Both the position numbers and the translations under genes were made by a program. From contig NC_135259.1 in the NCBI RefSeq assembly GCF_964204865.1, positions 7,192,001 to 7,256,000 on the forward strand: a stretch of 64,000 nucleotides of DNA. Reading direction: 5' to 3'. This document shows, one piece after another, positions 61,001 to 64,000 of this stretch; position 1 is the stretch's first letter, and the number at the start of each line of letters is the position of its first letter. The DNA comes from Styela clava. Taxonomy: Eukaryota. The notes below the pieces were generated by a model that did no database searches, was not told where the DNA came from, and saw only the letters and a list, made by a program, of their open reading frames with translations.

Positions 61001-64000
61001 ATTTCTGTAACGTTTCATCTGACCAAAGTCAGACTTTTTAGGATGACTAGATTATTGTAAACAAAGAAATATATTTGTGTTAGTGTCCGCTGTCAAGCAC
61101 GATTCTTGAATTATATAGTTTTGATTGAAAATGTTTTTCAAGGCCATTCATTGGTGTTGTTTTACACAGCAGACATGGTAATAATAGTAATTTTTAATGA
61201 AAGGTCTTTTTGCTTGACATTTTTAACCTATTCAATTTCAATTGTAATTTATGCAATAAGTGTATTTCTTTTGACTGTGCTCTCAAATTTTATTAGTTAA
61301 AGCAAGCCTTTAATTAATACCCCAACTTGCCTTTGTATTATTGGTGTGTATTTTGTTGGAAGTGGAATAAATGCTCGAGAGTTTATCCAAATTCAAGATA
61401 GGATCCAGTTTCACAAAACTCAAAAGTAAATTTGATACAGTGATACCTCGGTAGTCGAACGACTTGATACTCGAACAATTCGGTAGTCGACCAAAAAATT
61501 ATAGTCAAAAATGGTGCGGTACATAAACAGAAATTCTTGTGCTTGAACACCCAAGCGTGCCGTCGAGTGCGAGGATTTATATTATTGAAAGCCCTGTTTC
61601 ATCCTTCCCAATATTTTCAAAGTTCTAGATCGAGACCTCGAACTGCTCATGAACAAGAACAATATGTTGAAGATCAAAAACTCGCTATTTTGTTGCAAAA
61701 CGAAGAATTTATACGGGAATTGAAACGTAACGATGAATTTTTAAAAGCTTTGGAGAAAGGTAAATAAACTATTTAGGAAAATTTTTAGGCTATTTTAAAG
61801 AGAGACTGACTTTTCTAAACTCCATATTCAGTTTTGAGTAGACAATTTTGACAAAAAAATTTCGTTATTTAGTATGGAAATCATCTCTGGAAAAAATTTC
61901 AAATTAGAATATCATTTATTGTGAATTTTTGAAAAGATGTCGCTTTTTAGCTATGCTCAATTTATGACTTTTCTTGTTACCTGATGGTTGAATTGAAATA
62001 AACCATTTCAGGATTCATGTTAAAAATTTTGAATCTGGATAATTATCGCCAGTTTCTAAATTTGTAATCTTATAACAATACAGATATAACAATATAGAAA
62101 CAATATAGATTGTATAAAATTATGATTTGTTGATATTTCTCAGATCGACCTAATAATATATCATCGATACCTACAACTCCAATCGCGGAAATAGCAGACA
62201 GGGTCAGTATATTAAATACTTTTTTCAGAAAGTTTCTGATAGGACAATATGTAGTTCGGAATAGGATTTTTTTATGTTTATCTTGCAATTGCAGTGGATG
62301 ATAGGATTGGCTTGATCATCTGACGAACCATGGATTCAGATTCTGGGGTAGTCCCGAGAGCCATCTAGTCTTCAGTCCATCTATGAGCACTTATGTTAGC
62401 GTTTATATGGTGCTAAGATTTAATCCTTTCTTTGACCTTATGATAAATGTATATCTGCCTTCACGGCCGAGCACTGCCCTCGAAATACACTGAAATTACC
62501 ACTTCGTAGCGAATTTTTTTTTTGTGATTTGAATGTTTATGTCGGAGCAGCTAGATGCCATATTTCCAGACGTGTGAACGAACAGCTTTCCAACGAGGTA
62601 CGCTCATAAGCAATATGCTCCCGCTGTATACCAGCTTAGATAAATTTTGTCCATGCAGTATTTCCCCAATTTTTCCTTTTTTCAATATTAACGTCCCTGT
62701 TCTGGCATTAATCAATCTATCGGTTCCATTACATTTGAACCCACGACAATTGCACCTGCATACTATTTATTGCACCTCTTGAAATTTTTTTTGAACTGAT
62801 ATTTGAACAAATACTAACCCTAACCCATGGGTTTTAGCACCCGCATATAGATTGAACCCGTGGATATACGCATGGGTTCAAATGTTGGGTCACTCAATCT
62901 ATCACTTCAGATGTATGAATTCTTGTACTGGAGGAATCCGTGAAAAACCCTGCACCAGCAATCCATTCTTACATAATCAACCTGTGGCACAGAATTTGAA
63001 TCTATGAATCACATTGGTCGTGTAATCAATGGTGCGATGTCATGCCTAATATACATCTTAGCATATATCTCTTGTTATTTACACATCTAAAAAATACTTG
63101 GTATTTATCAGAATAAATTTTCCATTTCTAGGATATTGTACCATTACCAGATCCTGATGCGAAATATACGCACGGATCACAAAATCCTTCTGTTCTAAAA
63201 AGAGTGGGAATGGATGATCCAGGTCAGTGTCCTTGTGTTTTTCTATTTATTCTTTTGAACAAGGTTTCTTTAAATGAACCTTTAAACTCTTTCTTAGTTA
63301 AATGGAAATCAAATTTTTCAATTCTGGACCCTCTATTTGGCATTGAACAATACTTTTTTTTCTATGTTTTTCTGTGGTGAACTTCAAGTAGAAAACTTGA
63401 TTTTTTTCTGTGTCTGTATTCCTCATACATGTCTCATATGTCCCAGTTTATGATTTTATCATTCTATTTTACACAGAAAAAGAAGATGAAAAAATGTTCA
63501 AAGAAAACCTTAAACATATGGGAAAATGTAAGTATTTTTTATATACTGTACGTAGAAGTTGTCTTTTTTAATTTTTATTTGTAGAGTCACACTTTATTGG
63601 TAAGGTGTGTCACAATGTTCTGGTTTCCTGAAGTACGCGCCCTCAATTACTTCTAGTGGGTGTAGCATAACGATTTTTGCATATAATATTCCTAACTCCC
63701 ACCTGAGTACGTCACCCAAAAATTACAATCGCATCATAGAGCTTGCTAAAGTATAGCTACGATCGTCCGAAATGGCATCTGTGCAGACTCTAATGAACTC
63801 ACTAACACCAGCGATCTCTATCTTATCGGTATCGCTACGATGAGGAAACAAGTGGAATAGATTGCTCGATTCCGGATAATTGTCTGCGCTTTTAGACGAC
63901 CATTTGACCTTTTAGACGGAATGACATATTTCATATTTTGTTATATATGCTTTTCAGCTGCCAGAAAAAAATTCAATGAAATTGCAAAGAAATTTTCAGT
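46006..64000 (+). CDS. CUEDC1: CUE domain-containing protein 1 (3' partial, at least 14 coding exons)
   Basis: join(46006..46067,46227..46373,47447..47507,48711..48916,49462..49561,49957..50393,51074..51199,59438..59638,60422..60484,61629..61759,62144..62202,63132..63222,63477..63527,63958..>64000), all phase-compatible. Conserved blocks: LEFRQAMKDFRTMFPTLDSGLIECVLRSNAGHVDSTIDQLLQL (CUE), WNPPMLGALPDDFLRILPQ, EDQKLAILLQNEEFIREL, FKENLKHMGKSARKKF. Confidence 0.92.
47098..47305 (+). mobile_element. MITE family B copy
   Basis: ggcgcttcagaagtgtatgt...ttcacttggctaacac...catactacggcagtacc; homologous to 54655..54885; flanked by CAATC. Confidence 0.78.
47673..48276. mobile_element. TIR MITE with ATAT flanks (possibly Sola-like)
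   Basis: atat|cgacgcatgaaatccaaattgggctaagtcca ... tggacttagcactgtttggttttgaggtgtcg|atat, with many internal GGACTTAG / CTAAGTCC motifs. Confidence 0.72.
53497..53699 (-). mobile_element. MITE family A copy
   Basis: Reverse complement of 6981..7199; perfect 9-bp TSD CATTTTTGT. Confidence 0.87.
54655..54885 (+). mobile_element. MITE family B copy
   Basis: GGCGC...GTACC termini, CCTAACCCTAACC core, perfect 8-bp TSD GTAAAATG. Confidence 0.85.
57777..57860 (+). repeat. Short dispersed repeat, second copy at 60878..60960
   Basis: ttcgtttcagtgtgat(ta/c)agagttatgcgc.tataagc.gacct.tt.gtttggcaacttttttt is present twice in CUEDC1 introns. Confidence 0.7.
60020..60260. mobile_element. Decayed hAT MITE
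   Basis: CAGGGTTTCCCAAAC left end and GGGGTCCAC / GGGGTCGCGACCCC subterminal motifs; right end eroded. Confidence 0.6.
62722..62894 (+). mobile_element. MITE family A copy, next to or within a decayed reverse SINE (to about 63050)
   Basis: 9-bp TSD CAATCTATC. The downstream flank (ccagcaatcc...cataat...atttgaatc...atggtgcgatg) is the reverse complement of the SINE at 41610. Confidence 0.82.

Overview
AT-rich, intron-containing animal genomic DNA. Gene content and compact introns suggest an invertebrate chordate such as an ascidian, but this is inference. Most ORF-track entries are spurious, so the real genes were rebuilt by hand from GT(GC)-AG exons. In order, the window holds: (1) a tandem pair of intronless SLC18B1-like MFS transporter genes (one partial at the left edge), separated by a 5.6 kb nest of DNA transposons that includes a TSD-sharing hAT dimer; (2) a 4-exon FAM166/CIMIP2-like (PxYxGYVPG motif) gene plus a truncated duplicate; (3) two head-to-head, intact 6-exon Fer2/PTF1A-family bHLH genes, best explained by tandem duplication followed by inversion, each with a duplicated upstream module carrying Otx-, Meis- and E-box-type sites; (4) the most striking signal, three divergent 3-exon genes for about 125-aa secreted proteins that keep the stefin (cystatin A/B) intron positions and residue pattern but have gained a signal peptide and lost the QxVxG inhibitory loop; (5) a hAT transposase relic and the 5' part of CUEDC1 with a long Ser/His/Arg-rich insertion. 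Many MITEs and tRNA-derived SINE copies are interspersed.
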